Part shown: positions 24,443 through 32,987 of the stretch, one piece after another | How the letters are laid out: each line of letters starts with the position of its first letter | Numbering within the stretch: the first letter of the stretch is position 1 | NCBI GenBank assembly: GCA_964418695.1 | Contig: CAYQMN010000013.1 | Coordinates: 48 to 64,047, forward strand | Direction of reading: 5' to 3' | Length of the DNA: 64,000 nt | Source: an uncultured Bifidobacteriaceae bacterium | GTDB taxonomy: Bacteria; Actinomycetota; Actinomycetes; S36-B12; CAIYMF01 | The notes under the pieces: generated by a model | What the model was told of the DNA's origin: nothing | What the model saw: the letters and a program-made list of their open reading frames with translations, nothing else | The model's database searches: none | Made by a program: the position numbers and the translations under genes

Positions 24443-26857
24443 TCAGATCGTGCGCAGGCCCCGCAGGTCCACCGCGGAGCGCAGCGTGGGCAGGGTGAGG
24501 GCGTACGCGGCCAGGACGATCACGATCGCGCCGACGCCGACCGCGCCGATGACGGTGGCGTCGAACGGGCGGGGTGCGCCGGGTCCCATGTCGACCAGCC
24601 ATAGCTCGGAGTACATCCAGCCGGCCATGGTGGCCGCCGCCAAGGACAGGGCGACCGCGGGGATCAGGGTGAGGGTGAGCTGGACGAGGCTGGCGCGACG
24701 CAGCGTGCGGGTCGGGGTGCCGGCCGCGGCAAGACCGGCGATCGAGCGGGCCCGCGTGCGCAGGTCGTCGGCGCCGGCGACGGCCAACGAGACGACGCCG
24801 ATCAGGGCGATCGCGATCAGGTAGGCCAGGAGCAGCAGCGTGTACTGGCCCTGCTCCGCGGACATGCTCCGCTTCTGGTCCTCCAGGGTGCTCGGCACGA
24901 TGCCGGTTGAGGCGGCCATCACCGACTTCACCGCCTCGATGGTGTCGGGGCTGCCGTCCGTGCCGACCAGCACCTGAGCCGGCCAGTCCGCGGGCAGGTC
25001 GCTGGGCGCGTTGCTGGCCGGGAGCAGGTAGTCGCCGAGGCCGAGGCTGCGCAGGGCGGCCGAGATCGGGTACAGGTCCGGGCCGGCAGGGTAGTCCGCG
25101 ACGCTGTCGAAGTGGACCTCGTCCACGTCGATGGCCCGGTGGTCGATCCGGTCGATCAGCCGCAGGGGGGCGTCGGTGGGGTCGCTCCCGATGGGGTACG
25201 CGACCCCTGGCGCGCACTGGGGCAGCGGGTCGCGCAGCATCGCGCCAATGGCCGCGCAGTCGCCGATCGTGGCGTTGCCGGTCCAGTCGTCGTCCTCCTG
25301 GGAGGTCTGGATCGGCTCGCCGAGGAGGGTCGGGGCGACCGCGCGCACGCCGGGGATGGCCCGGAGCTGCTCGACGGTGTCGAGCCGGGACAGCCCGGAG
25401 ACAGTCCCGACGGCGACGTGCTGGTGCTCCTGGTCCAGGAAGCCCGTCTGCGCCTGGTCGAGCACGGGCAGGAAGGCGGCGAGCACCCAGGTCACCACGA
25501 ACGCGAGCACGGCGGTGCCGGTGACCAGGCGGCCGGCCGTGGTCGGGTCGGCCTGGACCCGACGGGCGCCCAGCTGGCCGGCCAGCGGCAGGCCGCCGAT
25601 CCGCAGCAGGCCGCGGGCCGCCAGCGAGCCCACCAGCGGGGTGGCCAGCACCAGCCCGAGCAGGGTGAACCCCGCTCCGCCGAGCAGCAGGAAGTACACG
25701 AGCAGCTCGTCGGAGTTGACGAGCTGGGGGAAGAAGAGCATGACGAGCAGCAGCGCGACTCCGATGGCCAGCGGGATCAGCCGCCAGGGGGCGGGTGCCT
25801 TCGGAGCGGCTCTCCGGGAGACCCCCAACGGGCTGGCGACGACCCGGCGCTGGGACACGTAGCCGGCCGCCACACCGAGCAGGGGCAGTGCGACGGCGAC
25901 GATGGCGACCAGCGCCGGCACGGGGGCGAGGTCGGCGGGGAAGATCCCAGGACGCCAGGGCAGGAACCCCACCAGTGGCCGGACCGCGGCGAACAGGACG
26001 AGCCCGCCGAGCACGCCGAGGGCCCCGATGCCGCCGGCCTCCGCGGCCGAGACCAGCCGCACCTCCCCGGGAGCTGCCCCGACCAGCCGCATCGCGGCCA
26101 TCCGCTGGTCGCGCTGCGCCGAGCCCAGCCGGGTCGACGTGCCCACCAGGATCAGCACCGGCAGCACGAACAGCAGCACCCCGAGCGGGACCGCGAGGTC
26201 GGCTGTCTCCTGGCTGTCCGACTGCGCCTGCGCGACCCAGTCGGGCAGGCCGTACCCGCTCGCGAACGGCTGGCGGTGGGTCGGGCCGGTCACCGCGATC
26301 CAGGCGAAGACCTCGTTCGGGCCGGCCAGGCCGGCCGGGCCGATGGTGGCCACCACCTGGCCGGGGTAGCGGGCGGCGAACACCGGGTCGGAGGCGACCA
26401 GCCGGGCGAACTCCGGCGAGGCCGCGATCTGGCCGGGCGCTGGGAAGGCGGCCAGACCGGGCGGTGGCGGCGGGGTGCCCATCGGCACGGCGGTCGCGAC
26501 CGTGACCGGGACGTCGTGATACCAGGAAGTCGCCTCCAGGCCGGTGGGGGAGCTGACAATCGCCAGCCCGTCGGTCGGGCGGACGTCGACCTGCATCGGC
26601 GTCCGGTCGTCGATGCGCTGCTGCTGGGCGTCCCGTGCCGTCACCGCTCCCATCCCGAGCAGCAGCACCAGCATCGCCAGGGCGCTGCCGATCCCGGCCA
26701 GCAGCAGCCGCCGGCGGCCGTCCCGTGTCGCCACCGACATCCGCCAGCCCAGCAGCACCAGGCGAGTCCTGCCCATCCGGGGACCGGTCGCCTCGGCGAC
26801 GGGCAGACCCCCGCGCTGCCCGTCGTTCGGGTCCGTCCGCAGGGCCGGAGTCCTCAT
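24443..26857 (-). CDS. FtsX-like ABC transporter permease (two FtsX modules)
   Basis: ATG 26857 overlaps the ATPase stop (ATGA). The 804-aa polytopic protein has two FtsX-type 4-TM modules. Confidence 0.8.
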   Translation of the reverse strand: MRTPALRTDPNDGQRGGLPVAEATGPRMGRTRLVLLGWRMSVATRDGRRRLLLAGIGSALAMLVLLLGMGAVTARDAQQQRIDDRTPMQVDVRPTDGLAIVSSPTGLEATSWYHDVPVTVATAVPMGTPPPPPGLAAFPAPGQIAASPEFARLVASDPVFAARYPGQVVATIGPAGLAGPNEVFAWIAVTGPTHRQPFASGYGLPDWVAQAQSDSQETADLAVPLGVLLFVLPVLILVGTSTRLGSAQRDQRMAAMRLVGAAPGEVRLVSAAEAGGIGALGVLGGLVLFAAVRPLVGFLPWRPGIFPADLAPVPALVAIVAVALPLLGVAAGYVSQRRVVASPLGVSRRAAPKAPAPWRLIPLAIGVALLLVMLFFPQLVNSDELLVYFLLLGGAGFTLLGLVLATPLVGSLAARGLLRIGGLPLAGQLGARRVQADPTTAGRLVTGTAVLAFVVTWVLAAFLPVLDQAQTGFLDQEHQHVAVGTVSGLSRLDTVEQLRAIPGVRAVAPTLLGEPIQTSQEDDDWTGNATIGDCAAIGAMLRDPLPQCAPGVAYPIGSDPTDAPLRLIDRIDHRAIDVDEVHFDSVADYPAGPDLYPISAALRSLGLGDYLLPASNAPSDLPADWPAQVLVGTDGSPDTIEAVKSVMAASTGIVPSTLEDQKRSMSAEQGQYTLLLLAYLIAIALIGVVSLAVAGADDLRTRARSIAGLAAAGTPTRTLRRASLVQLTLTLIPAVALSLAAATMAGWMYSELWLVDMGPGAPRPFDATVIGAVGVGAIVIVLAAYALTLPTLRSAVDLRGLRTI

Positions 26858-27651
26858 GCGAGCACCGCCTCGGTGGTCCGTCCGTCGCGCACCTCGACCT
26901 CCCGGTCGGAATAGGCCGCGATCCGGTGGTCATGGGTGACCAGCACCACCGCGGCCCCGAGCTGCCGCGCGGTCGAGGTGAGCAGGTCCATCACGACCTC
27001 GCCGTTGAACGAGTCCAGGGACCCGGTCGGCTCGTCGGCGAACACCACCCGCGGGCCGCTGACCAGTGCCCGGGCCACCGCGACCCGCTGCTGCTGGCCG
27101 CCGGACAGCTCGCCCGGCCGCCGCCCGGCCAGCTCGGCCACGTCCACCCGATGCAGCCAATCGCCGGCTAGGTCCCGGGCCTCGCCCGCCGGCAGCCCGG
27201 CCAGTCGCAGCGGCAGCGCCACGTTCTCCGCGGCGGTCAGCTCGGGCACCAGCTGGCCGAACTGGAAGACGAACCCGAAGTCGTCGCGGCGGATCCGCGA
27301 CCGGGTCGCGTCGCTGGCCTGGTCCAGTCGTCGGCCGCGGTAGATCACCGACCCGGAGTCCGGGCGCAGGATGCCGGCCAGGCAGTGCAGCAGTGTCGAC
27401 TTGCCCGACCCGGACGGGCCGAGGATGGCCACCACCTCGCCGGGCCAGATCGTCACCGACGCGTCCACCAGCGCCGGCGTCGGCCCGAACGACACCGACA
27501 GCGACTCCGCCGCCAGCAGCACGTCGCTCGCGGCCCGCCCCGCCGCGCCCTGGCTCTCGACCACGTCTGTCCCCGTCACGCCTACCACTCCCTCGGTCGT
27601 CGTCTCTGCGCCGTTCTCGGTCTCGCTGCCTCGGTTGGTTGCATCGCTCAT
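26854..27651 (-). CDS. ABC transporter ATP-binding protein
   Basis: Walker A is GPSGSGKST, the signature is LSGGQQQRVA and Walker B is VVFADEPTGSLD. ATG 27651 overlaps the padR stop (ATGA). Confidence 0.9.
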   Translation of the reverse strand: MSDATNRGSETENGAETTTEGVVGVTGTDVVESQGAAGRAASDVLLAAESLSVSFGPTPALVDASVTIWPGEVVAILGPSGSGKSTLLHCLAGILRPDSGSVIYRGRRLDQASDATRSRIRRDDFGFVFQFGQLVPELTAAENVALPLRLAGLPAGEARDLAGDWLHRVDVAELAGRRPGELSGGQQQRVAVARALVSGPRVVFADEPTGSLDSFNGEVVMDLLTSTARQLGAAVVLVTHDHRIAAYSDREVEVRDGRTTEAVLA

Positions 27652-28175
27652 CGGGTCAGCTCCGCCGCCAGCCGGCCCAGCCGGGCCGTCGTCGCGTCCA
27701 GCCAGCGCAGATCGGCGTCGAGGTGGAACAGGACGAAGTCCGCGGCGATGGCGGCCTCGGTGCTGGGCGCCTCGCGGCGGCGGATCGTCCACTGCCGCAT
27801 CAGCGCCCGATGCGCGGCGCGCTGCACGTCCAGCACGTGGGCCGCGGCCCGCCCCGACATCAGCGCGACCAGCACCTTCGCGAAGACCACCGACTGCAGG
27901 TACGGGGCATCCGGCTCGGCCTCGCCCAGCCAGCCGTCGACCCGGGAGTGCCCCTGGTCGGTCGCCGCGTACACGGTCCGCTCCGGGCCGGCGTCCTGAC
28001 CGACGGCCGCGGGGACGATGAGCGCGTCGCGCTCCAGCCGGCCCAGCGTCGAGTAGAGCTGGCCCACCCGTAGCGGCCGCTCGCCGCCGAAGTGCGCGTC
28101 GTACACCTTCTTCACCTCGTAGCCGTGCCGCGGACGGGCGTCCACCAGACCCAGCAGCGTCATCGGAACCGACAT
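27648..28175 (-). CDS. PadR-family transcriptional regulator
   Basis: The N-terminus LLGLVDARPRHGYEVKKVYDAHF..GQLYSTLGRLERDALI is typical of PadR. It is the first gene of the padR-ABC-ftsX operon. Confidence 0.85.
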   Translation of the reverse strand: MSVPMTLLGLVDARPRHGYEVKKVYDAHFGGERPLRVGQLYSTLGRLERDALIVPAAVGQDAGPERTVYAATDQGHSRVDGWLGEAEPDAPYLQSVVFAKVLVALMSGRAAAHVLDVQRAAHRALMRQWTIRRREAPSTEAAIAADFVLFHLDADLRWLDATTARLGRLAAELTR

Positions 28176-28413
28176 GCGAGGGATACTAGTACCTCAGAGA
28201 CTAGTGTCCGATCACCCAGCTCGACAGGGCGTGTCGACCTGGCGTGTTGACCTCGGTCGAGCGTTGTCGACGGGCCCCTGCGGCGCTTCGACCCCAGCCT
28301 TCGACCCCAGCCTTCGACCCCAGTCTTCGACCGCCCGGTGGACCCCCGCATGTAACGATCTGCGGGCGTCGGACATGTGCGGGGTGACCGGACGGCCGTC
28401 GGAGGGGGATCTC

Positions 28414-29154
28414 GTGTCGGACAGCCAGGGCGGCGCCGCACCTGCGGACCGGCTGGCGCAGGCGTGGCGCGAGCACTCCGCGGCCGTACTGGCCTACGCG
28501 GCCCGGCGCACGTCCAGCGCCGAGGACGCCGCCGACGTGCTCGCCGAGACCTACCTGATCGCCTGGCGCCGGATCGAGTCGATGCCCCACGAGCCGGACG
28601 CGCGCCCCTGGCTGTTCACCGTGGCCCGCAACGTGCTGGCCAACCACTACCGCGCCACGTCGAGGCGCACGGCGCTCACCGAGTCGCTGGTCGCCGAGGC
28701 GGCGCGCACGGTCGCCGCGCACCACGAGGCCTCCGGCGACGGCCTGGCGGCCTCGGAGCTCGGGCGCGCCCTGGCGCTGCTTCCCGAGCCCGACCGCGAG
28801 GTGCTGCTGCTCGCCGGCTGGGACGGCCTGACCCCGGCCCAGATCGCGACCGTCGTGGGCTGCTCGCCGCCGGCCGCCCGGGTCCGGCTGCACCGGGCTC
28901 GCCGCCGGCTGCGGACCCTGCTGGACGCCGCCGAGCCCCCACCCGAACGAGCCGCATCGCCTGGTCGGCGCTGGCCGACGCCGCCGGGGAGCCCGTTCGA
29001 ACCCGATGAGCCCCCACCCGAACGCGCTGCATCGCCTGGTAGCCGCTGGCCGACGCCGCCGGTGAGCCTGTTCGAATCCGCTGAGCCCTCACCCGAACGC
29101 GCACCTTCGCCGTTCGCCGCCCGCCCCACCCGATCCCTGGAGGTGCCCCGATGA
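28414..29154 (+). CDS. ECF (group 4) sigma factor with a repeat-encoded C-terminal extension
   Basis: GTG 28414 has GGAGGGGG 7 nt upstream. Region 2 reads AETYLIAWRRI and region 4 reads LTPAQIATVVGCSPPAARVRLHRARRRL. The stop overlaps the next ATG (ATGA at 29151-29154). Confidence 0.8.
   Translation: MSDSQGGAAPADRLAQAWREHSAAVLAYAARRTSSAEDAADVLAETYLIAWRRIESMPHEPDARPWLFTVARNVLANHYRATSRRTALTESLVAEAARTVAAHHEASGDGLAASELGRALALLPEPDREVLLLAGWDGLTPAQIATVVGCSPPAARVRLHRARRRLRTLLDAAEPPPERAASPGRRWPTPPGSPFEPDEPPPERAASPGSRWPTPPVSLFESAEPSPERAPSPFAARPTRSLEVPR
28933..29112. repeat. 75-bp tandem repeat, about 2.4 copies, in-frame at the 3' end of the ECF sigma gene
   Basis: Units start at 28933, 29008 and 29083 (GAGCCCCCACCCGAACG..). 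They encode EPPPERAASPG[R/S]RWPTPP[G/V]S[P/L]FE. Each unit contains the hairpin GTCGGC-GCTG-GCCGAC. Confidence 0.9.
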
Positions 29155-30221
29155 GCCCCTCGCGCGACGAGCTGAGCCGCCTGCTGGCCGCCCAGGACCC
29201 GGTCGACGGCCCGGCCCTGGCGGCCGACTGGGACACCCACCCCGCCTCCGCCGCCCTCCTCGACGCGATCCTCGCCGAGCCCGCCCTCGCCGAGCCCGCC
29301 CTCGAGCTCGCCGTCGCCGAGCCCACCGTCGCCGGGCCCGCCCTCGCCTCCTTGCCTGAGCCCGCTCGTTCCCGGTTGTCAGTCCAGGGGCCATCGGATG
29401 GCCCCGGGACTGACGACTCGGGTGGTGGGTCGGTGACGTCGGCCCGGGGCCGCCGCGGGCGCTGGGGTCGTCCGGCACTTCTCGCGGCTGCCGCCGCGGT
29501 CGTGGTGCTGGCGCTCTCGGTCGGCGGCCTGCCCGGCAGCACGCCCCGGGTGTCCGCGGTCCGTCAGCTCGACGACGGCCGGATCGTCGTCGACTGGAAG
29601 AGCACGCCCCTGCACGGCCGGGCGCTGATCGAGGACCTGCGCGACTACGGCCTGGACGTGCAGATCGCCGGGGAGTTCAACGCCTCGCCCTCGATGGTCG
29701 GGCACGTCGTGGCCTGGCCCGACTTCACCGACGAGTCGGACCCCACGCGCCAGGCCCCCGGATTCGCCTACGGCGGGCCGGACGGCACTCCCGGAGGGTT
29801 CGTCTGGATCATCGACCCCGCGGTCTTCGACACCACCATCAAGGCCGACCTGTACGTCGAGACTCCGCCGGGCGAGGACTACAACCTGTCCTCGTCCGTC
29901 TTCGTCCCCGGCGAGCCGCTGGCGGACGCCGCCTGCTCGCTCACCGAGCCCCTCGATCCGGCCCGGGCCGCCGACCTCGCCCGCTCCCTAGGGATGCAGG
30001 TCACCTGGACCGTCGAGAGCCCCCAGCTCGCTGATGGTCGCGACTGGGTCTTCTGGCACAGCGACGAGATGCCTGCGGGGTCCGTGGTCGGCGACCAGCA
30101 GCTCAACGCGCACAGCGTGGACTTCACCGTCCGGCCACCGGGCAACTGGTCGGCCGCGGTGACCGACCAGGACCGCCGCTACGTGAGCGACCTGAAGGCC
30201 GACTGCCTGGAACGCCCGTGA
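29151..30221 (+). CDS. Putative single-pass membrane anti-sigma factor with extracytoplasmic domain
   Basis: It is translationally coupled to the ECF sigma gene. There is one TM helix (PALLAAAAAVVVLALSVGGL). I recognised no zinc-binding anti-sigma motif, so the function is inferred from position. Confidence 0.55.
   Translation: MSPSRDELSRLLAAQDPVDGPALAADWDTHPASAALLDAILAEPALAEPALELAVAEPTVAGPALASLPEPARSRLSVQGPSDGPGTDDSGGGSVTSARGRRGRWGRPALLAAAAAVVVLALSVGGLPGSTPRVSAVRQLDDGRIVVDWKSTPLHGRALIEDLRDYGLDVQIAGEFNASPSMVGHVVAWPDFTDESDPTRQAPGFAYGGPDGTPGGFVWIIDPAVFDTTIKADLYVETPPGEDYNLSSSVFVPGEPLADAACSLTEPLDPARAADLARSLGMQVTWTVESPQLADGRDWVFWHSDEMPAGSVVGDQQLNAHSVDFTVRPPGNWSAAVTDQDRRYVSDLKADCLERP
29378..29414. 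repeat. 37-nt near-perfect palindromic (REP-like) element, copy 1, inside a CDS
   Basis: In GTCAGTCCAGGGGCCATCGGATGGCCCCGGGACTGAC, 16 of 17 stem positions pair around the loop CGG. It shares 32 of 37 positions with the element at 58442..58478. Confidence 0.85.
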
Positions 30222-30310
30222 CTCGACGCTCGGTCCGGCACGCGGCGTGGGCCCCTCGCCTGGGTGCCTCGCGCCCCACCGCGCCCCGCGCAGGCTGGGC
30301 GCCCCCGGGA

Positions 30311-31459
30311 TCAGTGGACCCGGGCGGCGCCCTGCGAGATGCCGGAGAGCATCCGGGTGACCAGCGGTCCGAGGGTCTTCAGGTTGGTGCCGCCCTCCTG
30401 GACGATCACCGTCGGCAGGTTCAGCTCGCCGATGAGCACGCCGGTCGCGCCCAGGCCGTCGGGCGTGACCCGCAGCGGCCCGCCGGGCTCGTCGACGGAG
30501 GCGTTGACGCCCAGTGAGACCACCAGGACATCGGGCCGGTAGGCGCGCACGCGCCCCACCAGGGTGCCGATGGCGTCCAGCCACCGGTCGTCGCCGGCCC
30601 GCGCCGGGATTGGCAGGTTGAGGTTGGTCCCCTCGCCGCCGTGCAGGCCGCTCTCGTCGGCGTAGCCGAGGAAATGCGGGAACCGGCCGGCCGCGGGGTC
30701 CACGTGCGCGGAGGCGAACAGCACGTCGGCCCGCGAGTAGAAGATCGACTGGGTGCCGTTGCCGTGGAAGGCGTCGACGTCCACCACCGCGACTCGTCGG
30801 GCCCCCCGGACGCGCAGGTGCTCGGCGGCGACCGCCGCGTTGTTCAGGTAGCAGGACCCGCCGAACGCCTCGCGGGCCGCGTGGTGGCCGGGCGGGCGGC
30901 ACAGCGCATACGCCATGGGGGAGCGGCTCTGGCTGGTGGCAGCGTTCTCCGCGCCCTGCCAGGCCGCGTCGGCCACGAGGTCCGCGGCGGTCACTGCCGC
31001 TCCGGCGGCGGCCTCCGCGGCGTCCCACGTGCCGGGGCCGATCAGCGTGGTGGTGTCGTAGCAGAACTGGCCGGCCCGGGCGTGCGCCGCGGCGGCCCGG
31101 CGGATCGGCAGCCCGTTGAGCATCCCGGGGATCGGGAACACCGAGGGGACGACCCGGTCCTGCCCACCCTCGGTCGGGAACCCGCCGACCACCCAGGCGT
31201 CGTGGATCGTGCGCAGGTGCGCGATCAGCTCCACCGAGTGCACCGCGAGCAGCGAGGCCTGCTCCGGGTCGCGCGCGGTCACCTCACGATGACCGGCCTT
31301 GCTCAGCACCTCGCGCAGCACATTGACCCGGTCGACGACCTCCGGGCTGGGCACCCGCACGCCCCAGCGGATCTCGGCCAGTGGCAGGTGCCGGCGCGTC
31401 CGCGGGTGCCACACGAACGGAATCGGCTCCCCCTGCGGCACGTCGGTCACGGGGGTCAT
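30311..31459 (-). CDS. Histone deacetylase/acetoin-utilisation family amidohydrolase (acetylpolyamine/protein deacetylase-like)
   Basis: Carries the motifs CRPPGHHA, VDVDAFHGNGTQ and VVSLGVNAS. I prefer ATG 31459 (MTPVTD..). Confidence 0.8.
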   Translation of the reverse strand: MTPVTDVPQGEPIPFVWHPRTRRHLPLAEIRWGVRVPSPEVVDRVNVLREVLSKAGHREVTARDPEQASLLAVHSVELIAHLRTIHDAWVVGGFPTEGGQDRVVPSVFPIPGMLNGLPIRRAAAAHARAGQFCYDTTTLIGPGTWDAAEAAAGAAVTAADLVADAAWQGAENAATSQSRSPMAYALCRPPGHHAAREAFGGSCYLNNAAVAAEHLRVRGARRVAVVDVDAFHGNGTQSIFYSRADVLFASAHVDPAAGRFPHFLGYADESGLHGGEGTNLNLPIPARAGDDRWLDAIGTLVGRVRAYRPDVLVVSLGVNASVDEPGGPLRVTPDGLGATGVLIGELNLPTVIVQEGGTNLKTLGPLVTRMLSGISQGAARVH

Positions 31460-31520
31460 CCTGCCAACGCTGGCCGCCACGACGGACGCAGGGGCACGGA
31501 CATGGGCCACGATGAGGCCC

Positions 31521-32696
31521 ATGTCACTCGAACCCTTCGAAGCGCTGACCGTCGCCCAGCTGCGGGGGCGGGCGGCGATGAAGTGGCAGGCCTACCCGCC
31601 GGACGTGCTGCCGCTGTGGGTGGCCGAGATGGACGTGCTGCCGGTGCCCGAGGTGGTCGAGGCGGTCACCGCGGCGGTGCGCGCCGGCGACACCGGCTAC
31701 CCGCGCCGCGACACCGAGTACCCCGACGCGTTCGCCGGATTCGCCGCCGCACGCTGGGGGTGGGCGCCCGAGGCCGCGGACACGGTCGTGTGCGCCGACG
31801 TGATGACCGGCATCCGCGGGCTGCTGCTGACCGCGACCGATCCCGGCGGCCGGGTGGTGATCCCGAGCCCGGTGTACCCGCCGTTCACTGGGATGACCCG
31901 CGAGATCGGCCGCCAGCCGGTTCCCGTGCCGCTGCTGGAGTCCGGGCGCTTGGACCTGCCCGCGATCGGCGTGGCGCTGGCTGCGGGTGCGGGTGCGGGA
32001 GCGGGCGCGGGCGCCCGCGAGCGGCAGGCGGTGCTCCTGTGCAGTCCGCACAACCCGACCGGCGTCGTGCACACCGCCGACGAGCTGCGCGAGCTCGACC
32101 GGCTGGCCCGCGCGACCGGCGCCACCGTGATCGCCGACGAGGTCCACGCCCCTCTGGTCACGGGGCCGACGCCGTTCACGCCCTGGTTGACCGTCGCGCA
32201 GGGCGGATTCAGCGTGACGTCGGCGGCGAAGGCGTTCAACCTGGCCGGATTCAAGGCGGCGCTCGTGATCGCCCACCCAGAGCGGCGGGCAGCGCTGGAG
32301 TCGCTGCCGATGTCCGTGCGCTACGGGGCCAGCCACCTGGGCGTGATCGCGCACTCCGCGGCGCTGCGCTCGGACTCCGCGTGGCTGGACGCCGTGGTCG
32401 CGAACATCCGCGGCAATGCCGCGCTCCTGGCCGACCTCCTGGCCGAGCGTGCGCCCGGTGTTGGCTACCGGGTGCCGGAGGCGACGTACCTGGCCTGGCT
32501 GGACGTGCGCGGCCTCGGCCTGGGCGCCCAGCCGTACGACACGCTGCTGGAGCAGGGCCGATTGGCCCTCACTGACGGCTCCACGTTCGGCCCCGGCGGC
32601 GCAGGTCACGTGCGCCTGAACTTCGCGTGCTCCCGAGAGGTCCTCAGCGAAGCGGTCCTCCGGCTCGCCAGCGCCCCGCAGAACCCCCGCTCCTGA
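31521..32696 (+). CDS. PLP-dependent C-S lyase/aminotransferase (MalY/PatB-like)
   Basis: Carries the motifs CSPHNPTG and SAAKAFNLAGFK (PLP lysine). The start could be ATG 31521 or ATG 31512. Confidence 0.8.
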   Translation: MSLEPFEALTVAQLRGRAAMKWQAYPPDVLPLWVAEMDVLPVPEVVEAVTAAVRAGDTGYPRRDTEYPDAFAGFAAARWGWAPEAADTVVCADVMTGIRGLLLTATDPGGRVVIPSPVYPPFTGMTREIGRQPVPVPLLESGRLDLPAIGVALAAGAGAGAGAGARERQAVLLCSPHNPTGVVHTADELRELDRLARATGATVIADEVHAPLVTGPTPFTPWLTVAQGGFSVTSAAKAFNLAGFKAALVIAHPERRAALESLPMSVRYGASHLGVIAHSAALRSDSAWLDAVVANIRGNAALLADLLAERAPGVGYRVPEATYLAWLDVRGLGLGAQPYDTLLEQGRLALTDGSTFGPGGAGHVRLNFACSREVLSEAVLRLASAPQNPRS

Positions 32697-32793
32697 GCCC
32701 ACATGCGCGCCCCGAGCGCCCCCACCTCCGCGCAACCCCGCGCGCAGCCGTTCGCCCTCCGCGCGCGTGCGCCCTCCGCGCGTCCGCGCCCCG

Positions 32794-32866
32794 GAACTCT
32801 GTGGTCGAATCCCGACATCCGTGTCGGAAATCGGCCAGCGTCTGTCGCTTTTCGACCACAGAGTTC
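32794..32866. other. 73-nt compound inverted repeat in a convergent intergenic region (bidirectional terminator or structured RNA/REP-like element)
   Basis: A perfect 16-bp outer stem joins GAACTCTGTGGTCGAA (32794-32809) to TTCGACCACAGAGTTC (32851-32866). It encloses an inner hairpin, CCGACA-TCCG-TGTCGG (32812-32827). The element is locally low in GC and has a TTTT run before the 3' arm. Confidence 0.6.
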
Positions 32867-32987
32867 GCGGAGCGTCCCGCACCCCGGGCCGCACCGAGGC
32901 CGGCGCGCCCTTCACCATGTGCTTCCCGCCCCCGCGGCCCCTTGGCCGGGGTCTCGCGTGGGCGACCGAGCTGTGGACCCGCTCGGC

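Noticed and set aside
24117-26933. 938-aa minus-strand ORF in a different frame from the FtsX permease ORF 24443..26857
   Set aside because: Its composition is Arg/Pro/Gly junk. The alternative frame gives hydrophobic TM-rich FtsX-like sequence with an ATGA overlap to the ATPase gene.
31983-32012. GCGGG[T/A/C] hexanucleotide run inside the patB-like gene, encoding (Ala-Gly)n
   Set aside because: It is a short in-frame low-complexity insert within an otherwise normal aminotransferase. It has no evident function beyond slippage-prone sequence.
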